From a virus (lineage: Duplodnaviria > Caudoviricetes), in the IMG/VR virus record IMGVR_UViG_3300020468_000041, positions 1-30,763 of that record: a DNA stretch of 30,763 nucleotides. One strand, 5' to 3'. This document shows positions 9,151 through 18,595 of the stretch, in pieces; the first letter of the stretch is position 1; the number at the start of each line of letters is the position of its first letter. The notes beneath the pieces were generated by a model. That model was not told the origin of the DNA. It did not search any database and saw only the letters and a list, made by a program, of their open reading frames with translations. A program made the position numbers and the translations under genes.

Positions 9151-11666
9151 TATCTTACTCCTTCGAACAGCCTATCGCCGCCACCATATGGAATTGCTCT
9201 AGAGGGAGGCATAAAGAAACGCTGATCATTTTCAGTCATTATACGCTGTTCTACACGAGAAAGATACCCCGGATTTACAAATTCTTGCAACTGGTACAAG
9301 AACAAGTAATCTATTGCCATTCTAGTATAGAAAATATTAATAAACGGGGTGTTATCTTTTGCTAATTTTATTAGATTAGCAGCCACATCTTCCCCGTTAC
9401 GAGCCCTTGTCCATAGCTCTGCTACCGCATCTATCTGACCAAATGTAGGTCCTGCCAAGGTTGCTAGGAAACTACGACCAAATCTACTATACTCACCAAA
9501 TAAGAAGTCTCCGTAAATACCTAAACCCCCGCCTTGTACCATAGCTGCCAAAGCAGATTGGGCACTAAATTCTCTAGGTGATCTGCCTTTTAGCACGTCC
9601 TTAGCCATCATAGCGCCATAACCAAATACAGTACTCATAACTAGTAGTTGAGTAATTCCTGTTATATCAGCTTTACCATTAGCTTGGCCATATACTTCTC
9701 GTCCTAAACCTCTACGTACAATTGTAACAGGAAACGACTTAAACTGCATAAGCAGTCTATACATTTCACCTGTTGCTGTACCGGCTACAGATCCCTGGTT
9801 CATGATCGCTCGTTCTCTAGCACCAGGCATTGGAATGCCGTAATCTGCACGATCAATAAAAAATGAGTCAAGCATCGTCATTAAATCATTTCTAGCATCT
9901 GCCATAGTTCTAGCATTAAATACACTCTTGCCTTTAGATTTCATGTAGAGTTTAACTACATTGTCGTCAATATCTTCTAGTCCCTCACTAACCATAAAGT
10001 TGCCTTGATTATTACCAGCATCTTTTACTGCGTGATTTCTGTATATCTCCCACTCAAGATCTTCAATGCCATATTGTTTTAATACATTTTGAAGCCTAGG
10101 TCCAAGCTGCTTATAACTAAGTTTAGCGTTGTCTGCTAGATTAGCACTCATCATTAGTGACATACCAGTACGATGAGAATCGTTCCACCAGCTCATTAAG
10201 TTTAGCTTAAAGAATTTTTGTTGTGCTTTTGCAGCCATACCAGGAAGTTGATCATTAGCATGAAACCTACTTAAAAGGTCTCCTGTGACTCCGTCAAACC
10301 CTACACCTAATGCTCTTGCTATCTGTCTTTGTTCTTTATTTCCTCGGCCGCGGAATAAATTAGTGAAGGCATTTGTATAACCTGACATTAGGCCTTTACC
10401 TTGATACCTTAACTCCGCTGCCTGGTAAGGTATATCAGTTATAGCAGATACAGTGGCGCCACCTAGTTTTGATACATTTGCTAGTACCCTACTAATAGCA
10501 CCTACACGGGCTAGATTAGGACTAGCGATCATACGAGCAGAGCCGTCTAGTTCTTGATATAGGTTTTTAATTTTTTGACTCTTAAACTGATCAGACTGCT
10601 TTGTATTACCAGCCTTAACTGTACGATCCTTATATTCAGCTACTAGATCATCAAGCATAGATTGTGGATTAGTGCCTAGATTTCTCATCAAAGCGGTATT
10701 GTGCGCGTGTTGCGTTAAACCTGATACAACGCCTTCTCTAAGATCTCCAGTCCCTAGTGACCTGTTATATTCCATAAATGACGAAGAATCTTTGAAGTGC
10801 AACAATCTTTCAGCGCTAGCTTTTTTACCTAAGTTAGCATAACCCTTAAAACCGTTTAAGTGTTTTGCTGTGTCGTCAGCTGCTCCGGCAGCTCGTCTAT
10901 GTATACCTGCTGCTAAGCCTCGATAAGCGCCTTGTAAGAACTTTTTAGGATCTGCACCCTTAAAAGTCTTTTTATCTAGCAGTGGCATAATAAACTCAAT
11001 CCACTCGTCTTCTCCCATTTTTCTAATTTTAATCATGTCATGGCTTTGACGCATGATATAACCAGGATATGACTTAATATAAGATCCTGCCAAGTTAGAG
11101 TTTTTGACTGCTAACTCTTGGACGCTATGTACAACTTCAGCAATCCGTCTAGCAGCAGCATTTTTAGTTACTCCAGGATTACCACCAGGCCTGATCTCCC
11201 ATAACTCAGCTGCTATGTCATCATCAAACTTTCCGCCTTTTTGAAACAATCTAAGATCGCCATGCTCATTATCTAGCATGCTAATTATCTTGCCAGTATA
11301 CTTATTAGCAAGAGACTTACCCTGCGTATCAATACTTAATTTAGATTTATGCGTAGCCTCAAGCGTGCCACCAAGCAAAGACATGATACCCTGGTGAGGA
11401 TTCTCAAATTTATCTAAAAAGTTACGGGCCCTAGCTTTTGCTAAAGAGTTAATAATTTTATTACGCTTTTCTATTTTAGCAGCTAGCATAGAGTCGCTTA
11501 ATTGCTGCTGCAAATGCTGCATCAGTTCTTGTTCTACATTATCGGCATTTTTTACATTAGTGATAAACTCATCAATTTCTGACAGCATCTCCATTGCCGC
11601 ATCATCGTCAATAGTCCCACTCTTATTAGCTTTCTTAATAACAGCGATACATTTTTGTATACTCAT
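9150..11666 (-). CDS. large internal virion/ejection protein (gp16-position)
   Basis: Start reassigned to MSIQKCIAV at 11666 (ATGA overlap, GAGAGGTG RBS). Helical, with a LMQFKSFP motif and C-terminal hydrophobic Gly-rich segments. Confidence 0.75.
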   Translation of the reverse strand: MSIQKCIAVIKKANKSGTIDDDAAMEMLSEIDEFITNVKNADNVEQELMQHLQQQLSDSMLAAKIEKRNKIINSLAKARARNFLDKFENPHQGIMSLLGGTLEATHKSKLSIDTQGKSLANKYTGKIISMLDNEHGDLRLFQKGGKFDDDIAAELWEIRPGGNPGVTKNAAARRIAEVVHSVQELAVKNSNLAGSYIKSYPGYIMRQSHDMIKIRKMGEDEWIEFIMPLLDKKTFKGADPKKFLQGAYRGLAAGIHRRAAGAADDTAKHLNGFKGYANLGKKASAERLLHFKDSSSFMEYNRSLGTGDLREGVVSGLTQHAHNTALMRNLGTNPQSMLDDLVAEYKDRTVKAGNTKQSDQFKSQKIKNLYQELDGSARMIASPNLARVGAISRVLANVSKLGGATVSAITDIPYQAAELRYQGKGLMSGYTNAFTNLFRGRGNKEQRQIARALGVGFDGVTGDLLSRFHANDQLPGMAAKAQQKFFKLNLMSWWNDSHRTGMSLMMSANLADNAKLSYKQLGPRLQNVLKQYGIEDLEWEIYRNHAVKDAGNNQGNFMVSEGLEDIDDNVVKLYMKSKGKSVFNARTMADARNDLMTMLDSFFIDRADYGIPMPGARERAIMNQGSVAGTATGEMYRLLMQFKSFPVTIVRRGLGREVYGQANGKADITGITQLLVMSTVFGYGAMMAKDVLKGRSPREFSAQSALAAMVQGGGLGIYGDFLFGEYSRFGRSFLATLAGPTFGQIDAVAELWTRARNGEDVAANLIKLAKDNTPFINIFYTRMAIDYLFLYQLQEFVNPGYLSRVEQRIMTENDQRFFMPPSRAIPYGGGDRLFEGVR

Positions 11667-14600
11667 GCTGCACCTCTCACACAAACAGCGGCAGCTTTAG
11701 CAGCTTCGTATATATCACTAACTTGTGCCAAAGCATCGTCGCCTTCTTTATTTATAGTATCAAGTTCTTTTGTAACTGCTTTAATATATTTAGGATCCAT
11801 ATTTGGTATCTCAGCATTTATCTGTTCTATTAAGTCATCAATAGCTTGCTCTTGTTCTGCCATGTCTTTTGACACGTTAGGCAGCAAAGTTTCCTTTGTC
11901 TGATTAGGATCTACTTGTAGGTCTACATCATCAGGGTCTATATCAGCGGTAGAATTAGACTTATTCGCCTGGTACTTTTTAGCAATCTGTATAGACTGCT
12001 GCATCGGTACTTTTGCAGGTAATTTTTCTCCTGGCAACATAGCATCTACTTCAATAAAACTACTTTGTTTTGTATTCACTACACTTTTTACGACAAACGT
12101 AGTATCATGCGGTAGAATAACTTCTGACTCACTTTTACCAAATGACCAATGTTTATTTTCACCAGCATATAATGCAGGCATACCTTTTTTAAGATTAATT
12201 TTTAGTTTAACATCGCTGCTATTACCAAACGAAAAGGCCTTACCTCTATATAATCCTGTAGATAGGAAGCCGCTTAACTTAAACTGGCCTCCTACCATCA
12301 TTTTAGCAGTACCAGCGTCTGATGCTGGATTACCTTTTAGAGTTAAGCCATTGACACCGTTTAAGGCGGTATAAGGGGTACCCCCACGCCAAACACTAAT
12401 TTCTTGAGGTAATGTATTCTTTTTAATAGCCGCATCTAGTATACCAACATACTTGTTAAGTACCTCTTTTGTTTGTGCCGGTGTAGGATTATCGATACCG
12501 ACATACTTACCCATCTGCTTCGCATAACTATTAGCATTACTATCTGACATTTTTCCACGCAGCCAGTCATTCATCCATTGATAACTGCTGCCAGTATAAC
12601 TTTTAAGGACTTTACCTTCTTGTACTGTTAGTTTTGTTTCTTGTGCTTGGTTCATCTTTGAAAGAGCTTTTTTAGCAGATGACAAGCTGTTAGCTACAAT
12701 CGTACCTTTTTTAGTTGATGTTGATTGTTGAGTACGCAAAAAGTCAGTGCTGTATTCTGTTAATGCCTGACGTCTATTTGTAAGCAGTGACTTTAATTTA
12801 GCTGCGTTTTCAGGAGTAAAATCTAAAATATCAATAACTGCATTTATTTCTGACTGATCTGTTTCAAATATACGTGCTGCAGCAACCTGTGCTTTTTTCA
12901 AAAACTCTGTTTGTGATAGCCCTGTAGCCTCAAACACTTGAAATGTAGTAGGGTTCTTTTTAGGATCTAGCATAGATGATATTTCATCTATAGCCATTTC
13001 ATTAATATTTTTAGTTCCGCCTTGAGCTCTAAATATTAAAGATCCGCCTGGATCAATACGTATAACATTGCCATTTGGCATTAACATAATATTAAAGTTA
13101 GGCGCATTACCAACAACGTCCCAGTTGCCCATAAACATATCGACAATTAAGTCATCAGCAAATTGTTGCTTGACGTCAGGAGGTAATTTAGCAAACTCAT
13201 CTGGCGTAACCATTTTAGCGCCAGGTACTATTTTAGAGGCAATACCTACAATCTCACCGTTTGAATTACCAACTAGCTTTGGCTCAGGAAATGCAACTCC
13301 AAACATTCTATATAGTGTAGCAGCTAAAAACTCGTTCTTAGCGGACTGTATATCTTTAGGATATTTAACGTAGTACTGCGAACCTGTAGCAGCATCTGTA
13401 AAGAAGCCACCTGTTTGTGTACCGGCCTGCTCTCCTGTTTGTTGTAGATTTGTATCTAAAAGTTGTTCATCAAATTGTGGCGCTTTATTATCTGCTAAAA
13501 ACTCGCCCTCATCAAACTTAGTCATAGCAGCTTCAACGGCGTTTTTGCCTGAAGGCATAGAATCGCTAAACGCTATAATCTTAGGATCACCTGAAAATAA
13601 TTTGACTGCTTCATCAGGAGAAGCAACCACAACATTGTTCTGGTTCATCTTTGGATTAAATTCAGCATTGTCTATATCAATGATGTGTGTAATCTCACCT
13701 TCATCAAACTTGACTGAGGCTTTATACTTAATATCAGATGCAGCCATATCTACGCCGTGCATCAGCATAGCCAGATGTGCTTTTTCTCCTAGCTCTAGTG
13801 GGTCGCCTGCTTTACTTCCTATCTGCTCTTCATCAAAAAGACGTAATGGTCCTTCTTCACCTCGGACAAGCATGAAGTCGCCATTTTGGTTTTTAATACG
13901 AAATGCAATTTTGTTTTTAGCGCCGGCCTTACTAGCTGCTTCAACTGCTTGTTGATATTCGGTGCTTTGTGCTAAAGCATTTTTTAATTTAACGCCGCTT
14001 AATGGTGCAGCTTTTTCTCCTGCTCTAACTAAGTCTAGAGACTCTTGTGTATTTGTATGCGGCTTATATTCTGCAGTAGCACCTTTAACAACCGGTGCAT
14101 CAGAGTCACCTTCAACAACTCTTTGTATTGGTGAGTCAGCACTACTACCAGGAGATGCCGGTGCATCAGGATCATTAGTAGGTGTTTTTACTTGAACCTC
14201 GTCACCACCATGAACAATAGGGCTAACCTCTACACTATCACCGTTTACTGCTTGTCTTACTGCTGTATTAAAAGCCTTACCATGTTTTTTAGATCTTACA
14301 TATTTTACGCCGTCTACTATACCGCCGCCTACAACGTGTAAACCGCCGCCTAGTACAGTACCAAAGGTTATATTCATAAATGATTGAGCTAACCCGTAGT
14401 CTGCTTGCTCTTGTGTAGCAGCACCGTAAATCAAAGGCTCAACTGCAGTTGATCCATAGAAACCGGCCATACCGCCTGTAACAGCTCTTGTACCTACTTT
14501 AGATCCGGTAAGGCCTAGAGCACCAACCACTTTAGCACCCCCAAGGGGAGGAATAAAAAACAATGGGATACTAACAGGATCGACTAGGGCCATGCCCAGC

Positions 14601-15184
14601 TCTAGGCTCATACCTTTCCAAAACTGCGCTCCATAAGCATTGTCAAGAGCGTAGTTAAACTTTATTTCTTCTTCTTTTCTTTCTTTAAGAACGTGAGCTT
14701 CTAAATTAGAAATAGGCTCTGAAAATTTTAATTGACCTTCTATGCCATATATCTCGTTAGCTTCTTCTGGCTCTAACATTTTTACGTCTGGGTTAGAATT
14801 AAAGAAATCTGGATACTTTTCTTTTAGGGCATCTGTAGTAATACCAACATCCTTAACCCCTGAGCCTGGCTGTGGCATACCAGCATAAGGAGCTACACCC
14901 ATAATTCCTGGCGTACCACCCATTGGCATTGGTTGATACGACTGAGCATAAGCACCGCTGTTAGCCCAGTTATCATATTCAGATCTTTCTTCTTCGCTAG
15001 ATCCAGCAAAAGATCTTATATTTTGTATGTCGCCTAACCGCTCTAACGAGTTAAAACCTGTATACTTCCAGCCTCGTTCTTTTGCTTGCTCACTTACTGT
15101 CTCGCCTGTAGCAGCAATTAAATCTAAGCCCATCACATTTGTAAATTCTGGGTTATATGATTTATTATATTTTATAAAACTCAT
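11663..15184 (-). CDS. internal virion/ejection protein with inserted degenerate Nudix-like, HipA-like kinase and ADP-ribosyltransferase domains
   Basis: Lies in the ejection gene cluster and has a Gly-rich hydrophobic N-terminal region. Kinase motifs: GTQTGG, YYVK, NE, GNWD..N, RIDPGGS. ART motifs: YT..Y..MN..LR, VWRG, FLST, ESEVIL. Confidence 0.8.
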   Translation of the reverse strand: MSFIKYNKSYNPEFTNVMGLDLIAATGETVSEQAKERGWKYTGFNSLERLGDIQNIRSFAGSSEEERSEYDNWANSGAYAQSYQPMPMGGTPGIMGVAPYAGMPQPGSGVKDVGITTDALKEKYPDFFNSNPDVKMLEPEEANEIYGIEGQLKFSEPISNLEAHVLKERKEEEIKFNYALDNAYGAQFWKGMSLELGMALVDPVSIPLFFIPPLGGAKVVGALGLTGSKVGTRAVTGGMAGFYGSTAVEPLIYGAATQEQADYGLAQSFMNITFGTVLGGGLHVVGGGIVDGVKYVRSKKHGKAFNTAVRQAVNGDSVEVSPIVHGGDEVQVKTPTNDPDAPASPGSSADSPIQRVVEGDSDAPVVKGATAEYKPHTNTQESLDLVRAGEKAAPLSGVKLKNALAQSTEYQQAVEAASKAGAKNKIAFRIKNQNGDFMLVRGEEGPLRLFDEEQIGSKAGDPLELGEKAHLAMLMHGVDMAASDIKYKASVKFDEGEITHIIDIDNAEFNPKMNQNNVVVASPDEAVKLFSGDPKIIAFSDSMPSGKNAVEAAMTKFDEGEFLADNKAPQFDEQLLDTNLQQTGEQAGTQTGGFFTDAATGSQYYVKYPKDIQSAKNEFLAATLYRMFGVAFPEPKLVGNSNGEIVGIASKIVPGAKMVTPDEFAKLPPDVKQQFADDLIVDMFMGNWDVVGNAPNFNIMLMPNGNVIRIDPGGSLIFRAQGGTKNINEMAIDEISSMLDPKKNPTTFQVFEATGLSQTEFLKKAQVAAARIFETDQSEINAVIDILDFTPENAAKLKSLLTNRRQALTEYSTDFLRTQQSTSTKKGTIVANSLSSAKKALSKMNQAQETKLTVQEGKVLKSYTGSSYQWMNDWLRGKMSDSNANSYAKQMGKYVGIDNPTPAQTKEVLNKYVGILDAAIKKNTLPQEISVWRGGTPYTALNGVNGLTLKGNPASDAGTAKMMVGGQFKLSGFLSTGLYRGKAFSFGNSSDVKLKINLKKGMPALYAGENKHWSFGKSESEVILPHDTTFVVKSVVNTKQSSFIEVDAMLPGEKLPAKVPMQQSIQIAKKYQANKSNSTADIDPDDVDLQVDPNQTKETLLPNVSKDMAEQEQAIDDLIEQINAEIPNMDPKYIKAVTKELDTINKEGDDALAQVSDIYEAAKAAAVCVRGAA

Positions 15185-17706
15185 TGGCCGCTCACCACAC
15201 CAGACTTACCTTTGGCTGCATTAGTTTTCATTTGATTTATTTCAGCTTCAGATAAACCGCCCATCCATTCAAACGTATTTCTAGACCACCAACCAGGAGG
15301 TCTTGTGTAGTTAAGCTCTGCAAAAGAGACCTCAACAAATAAATTTTTACCGCTAGTATCTGTTTGATTTAACTGTACAGGTACTAACATACCTCCGCCA
15401 TCTGATGCAGCAGCACCTCCTGCTAATGCAGGATAGACAAGCATTAAGCCGTCACCTTCATCATTCATAACCCACTTGGCATTAGCTACAAGATAATCTG
15501 CAAAGTAGCCTGAGGCAAAAGCCTGATCAGCATTTACTTGCGGGACTAATGATGGAGGTACTTTTATTCCTCGATCAGCAATCAGTTTAACAACTGTTTC
15601 CTTATCATTAATTATGTCAGTTATGTTTTCATTAACTACTGATGCATTTATTTTTTCGCCGTTATTTCCCACATGTTGAGGTAATACGTAAAACGAAGCA
15701 TCCTCATTATTAACAAACTGTATTTGGGTTTCTAACGTCTTTTTAACAATATCAGCAGCTTTAACAGGATCCACAGAACCGCCACTTTTTCTTATTTCTA
15801 TCATAACGGCCCTAGTAAATAATTCACGCATATCTTGGCCGGCATCTTCTCTACCATACATACCACCGGTAAATGTATGTATCATGTCTCCCATAGAGCC
15901 TTGCACGGCTTCAGTAATTTTTTGACTCTTAAAGCCAGGACCATAAGACTCAACGGTTTCTTTTAAGGCTTTATTATCTACAGCAAAAGCTGCTGCTAAC
16001 ATTGGACCAGCATTAGATCGGCTAAATGCACCAATAAGCATCCACTCATTTCCTAGGCCACCTTTCATGGTACTTAGCTGAGTCCATATCTGATCAAAGT
16101 GCTCGCCATATTCTTCTTGTAACTTGTCATACGCGATCATCATCATATCAGGATTAGTCATCTGTTTCAAGTTAGAAACAATTTTTGCAGCATCTCTATT
16201 TGGCAGCAATGATGGCTTTTTAATTCCTAACGTTTCGGCATAAGCATTTATTGCATCAAACTTTTCATCTTGGTTTGTGATATTTTGTATTGGGTCGTGG
16301 TTGCTTGCATATTCTCCAAAGTCTGACGACCGCAGTTGCACAACACTATTCATGTGAGTTAAAATACCAGAGGTAAATGTTTGCAGCTCAACGGTAGACA
16401 TATTAGTAAGATCAACCGTTTCATCTTTAAGATTTCCTTTTAGTAAGTTTCTAATAGTACCTGCACTTGCTCCTGGCTCCATGACACCTGCATTTTTAAC
16501 AAGGTCTGCAATATCTCTAGAAGCACTTATAATCTGATCAGTAGTTAGCTGTGTCGTACCATTAACAAATTGCCCTGTTGCTCTAGCTACTTTAATTTTG
16601 CTAACTGCACCTTTTAATGCTATTTCGTAGGCTTCATAAAGTTCGGGAAGCATTTCTAATTTAACAGCACCATACGGACCGCCGTATGTACCTATATAAG
16701 CATTCTCTAAACCATGCGGTTTATTAAAAGCATCTATACCATCACCACCTGCTGCCAAGCTAGCTGCATGGTTATTAACAGATAACTGCAAGTCATTAAG
16801 TTCTTTTTTACCTACGACTAGAGCTTGTGTTTTGGCGGCGGCCATTAATTTTTCTTTAATAGCTGGCTTTAATATACCTAAATGTTTATTAAGATCATGA
16901 TCAAAATTTTTACCACGTTTGCCTTTTAATACAGCATACGCAAGAAAAGGATCCTCCCTGATTAAACCAATAGTAGCGTTATACACTAGGTCTTGTTGAG
17001 CTGCACGTGAGACACCAATCAAGTGTTCTGCTTTAATACCACCTTCTATCTTGTCAGTCTTAGGATCATCTTTGACATCGGCCAAAGTTTTTATACTCAT
17101 CATTGATATATCAATAAGGTCTGGGTTTTTTAAGACTTGATTATTATACTTATCAAATGACTGCGTAAGTTTATCTAGTTTAGCTTTAGATCTTAAATTA
17201 GCTTCGTAGCCCATGGCTTGATTTGCATAGGCGCCTTTAAGCTGTACTTTTTGCTGTTCCCACAATTGAGCAGTATATTCATTGGGTGCTTTATATCTTG
17301 ATGATTCGCTGCCATCAGGACCTTTTTCAGTCTTACTGATGATACCATCAAAACCATTTCTAATCTGGTTAGTATATGTATTTTGGTTGCTGCCATCTGC
17401 AAAAGAGTCGTTTGACAAGTAATCATCTGGCTTTTGTTTTAATTTTGTATCTTCTACTAAAGCAGTCATTTCTTCTCTTAAATCTGCTTCTGCCGATACA
17501 ACCCACATCTTAGCTTCTTTTTTAGCTTGGTCTATTTCATAGTTAGCAATGCCTTGGCCTGCAGACACAGCGCCCTTACCCATATTAGCCATAGCTCTAC
17601 CAGGAGCAGCAAGCTGCTGTATAGCACCACCGCTCATAGGAGTTAGCCTACGTGTAGGTAAACTTACTTCACCACCCTGATCTGAATATTTAGGTACTTG
17701 CACCAT
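15181..17706 (-). CDS. internal virion/ejection protein
   Basis: 841-aa helical protein beginning MVQVPKY; coupled between the gp14-like gene and the next ejection gene. Confidence 0.65.
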   Translation of the reverse strand: MVQVPKYSDQGGEVSLPTRRLTPMSGGAIQQLAAPGRAMANMGKGAVSAGQGIANYEIDQAKKEAKMWVVSAEADLREEMTALVEDTKLKQKPDDYLSNDSFADGSNQNTYTNQIRNGFDGIISKTEKGPDGSESSRYKAPNEYTAQLWEQQKVQLKGAYANQAMGYEANLRSKAKLDKLTQSFDKYNNQVLKNPDLIDISMMSIKTLADVKDDPKTDKIEGGIKAEHLIGVSRAAQQDLVYNATIGLIREDPFLAYAVLKGKRGKNFDHDLNKHLGILKPAIKEKLMAAAKTQALVVGKKELNDLQLSVNNHAASLAAGGDGIDAFNKPHGLENAYIGTYGGPYGAVKLEMLPELYEAYEIALKGAVSKIKVARATGQFVNGTTQLTTDQIISASRDIADLVKNAGVMEPGASAGTIRNLLKGNLKDETVDLTNMSTVELQTFTSGILTHMNSVVQLRSSDFGEYASNHDPIQNITNQDEKFDAINAYAETLGIKKPSLLPNRDAAKIVSNLKQMTNPDMMMIAYDKLQEEYGEHFDQIWTQLSTMKGGLGNEWMLIGAFSRSNAGPMLAAAFAVDNKALKETVESYGPGFKSQKITEAVQGSMGDMIHTFTGGMYGREDAGQDMRELFTRAVMIEIRKSGGSVDPVKAADIVKKTLETQIQFVNNEDASFYVLPQHVGNNGEKINASVVNENITDIINDKETVVKLIADRGIKVPPSLVPQVNADQAFASGYFADYLVANAKWVMNDEGDGLMLVYPALAGGAAASDGGGMLVPVQLNQTDTSGKNLFVEVSFAELNYTRPPGWWSRNTFEWMGGLSEAEINQMKTNAAKGKSGVVSGQ

Positions 17707-18185
17707 TACATTAATCCTAACGCTTTACCCTGCGCGCCTGTAGTGTATGTCTGACCACCGCCTGCTAACAAAGTTCCTGCAGCATTATACATACCAGCTT
17801 TATATGCAGCTTTACCTTGCATCCTAGATAGTGACGCTTGTGCACGCTGATTAACGGCCTCTACGCTGCCGCCGTATAATATTGCCATTTTATCCATCTC
17901 GCCCTCCGACATTGTTTGTCTTAATGTATCAAGAGCAGTACCTGTATTAGAGGTAAAGCCTGATCCAGCGTAAGCAACACGTTGAGCTGCAAGCATTTTA
18001 CGTGTTCGTGACTCTTGACGACGCGCTTCATAGTCTGCTTGCTCTTGTGCAATACGAGCATTTTGCTCTTGTATTTGCGCATTATAGTCATAGGCTCGTT
18101 TCTGAGCCTTACCAGCTTGATACTGACCATAGGCAGAAACCGCGGTACCGACCGCCATCATAGCTACTGCAACTTCAAACCCCAT
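17706..18185 (-). CDS. small internal virion protein (T7 gp14-like)
   Basis: Hydrophobic Ala/Gly N-terminus, Gln/Ala coiled coil, QRVAYAGSG...GTAL motif. Confidence 0.75.
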   Translation of the reverse strand: MGFEVAVAMMAVGTAVSAYGQYQAGKAQKRAYDYNAQIQEQNARIAQEQADYEARRQESRTRKMLAAQRVAYAGSGFTSNTGTALDTLRQTMSEGEMDKMAILYGGSVEAVNQRAQASLSRMQGKAAYKAGMYNAAGTLLAGGGQTYTTGAQGKALGLM

Positions 18186-18595
18186 TAGTACACCTTCGCA
18201 TATCTATAGTGATCGCGCCCATCTGGTCCAAACGCCTTCATCACGCCTTCATTAACATATCCTTGCCACTCCAACCAACGCTGCCAGACACAGTTAGCTG
18301 TAGGTACTGTTGTTTGTGCACGCCTTGGATTAAAGTTATCAACAAGAAACTTTTCTTGTTGCTTAATTAACTTTATACACTGCAATTTGCGGTTTTGAAA
18401 CTTTTTACTTGTAAATAAGAAAGTTTCATAATTTCCTGGCCATATAGGTATCGCTCCAAATATGGCATAAAAGTGACCGTCTTCAGTCAGAGTAAAAGCC
18501 ACGGCTTGCTTTTCCCAGTTTACCCCATCCCTAAATACAGGATATTCGGGTACTAAAAAATCTAAATGCCAGTTTTCGAATGGTACAACTATCAT
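18185..18595 (-). CDS. GNAT-fold protein (gp13-position)
   Basis: Start reassigned to MIVVPF at 18595 (ATGA overlap with tail tube B). C-terminal RWLEWQGYVNEGVMKAFGPDGRD is a RimJ-like GNAT ending. Confidence 0.7.
   Translation of the reverse strand: MIVVPFENWHLDFLVPEYPVFRDGVNWEKQAVAFTLTEDGHFYAIFGAIPIWPGNYETFLFTSKKFQNRKLQCIKLIKQQEKFLVDNFNPRRAQTTVPTANCVWQRWLEWQGYVNEGVMKAFGPDGRDHYRYAKVY

Noticed and set aside
11667-11684. Longer track starts at 11684, 18640, 24841, 28745 and 29460
   Set aside because: Downstream starts have better RBS and/or stop-start coupling.
13068-14195. + strand ORFs inside the effector region as possible antitoxin/immunity genes
   Set aside because: They are mirror-frame antisense ORFs with TTG/GTG starts, no RBS and shadow-like composition.
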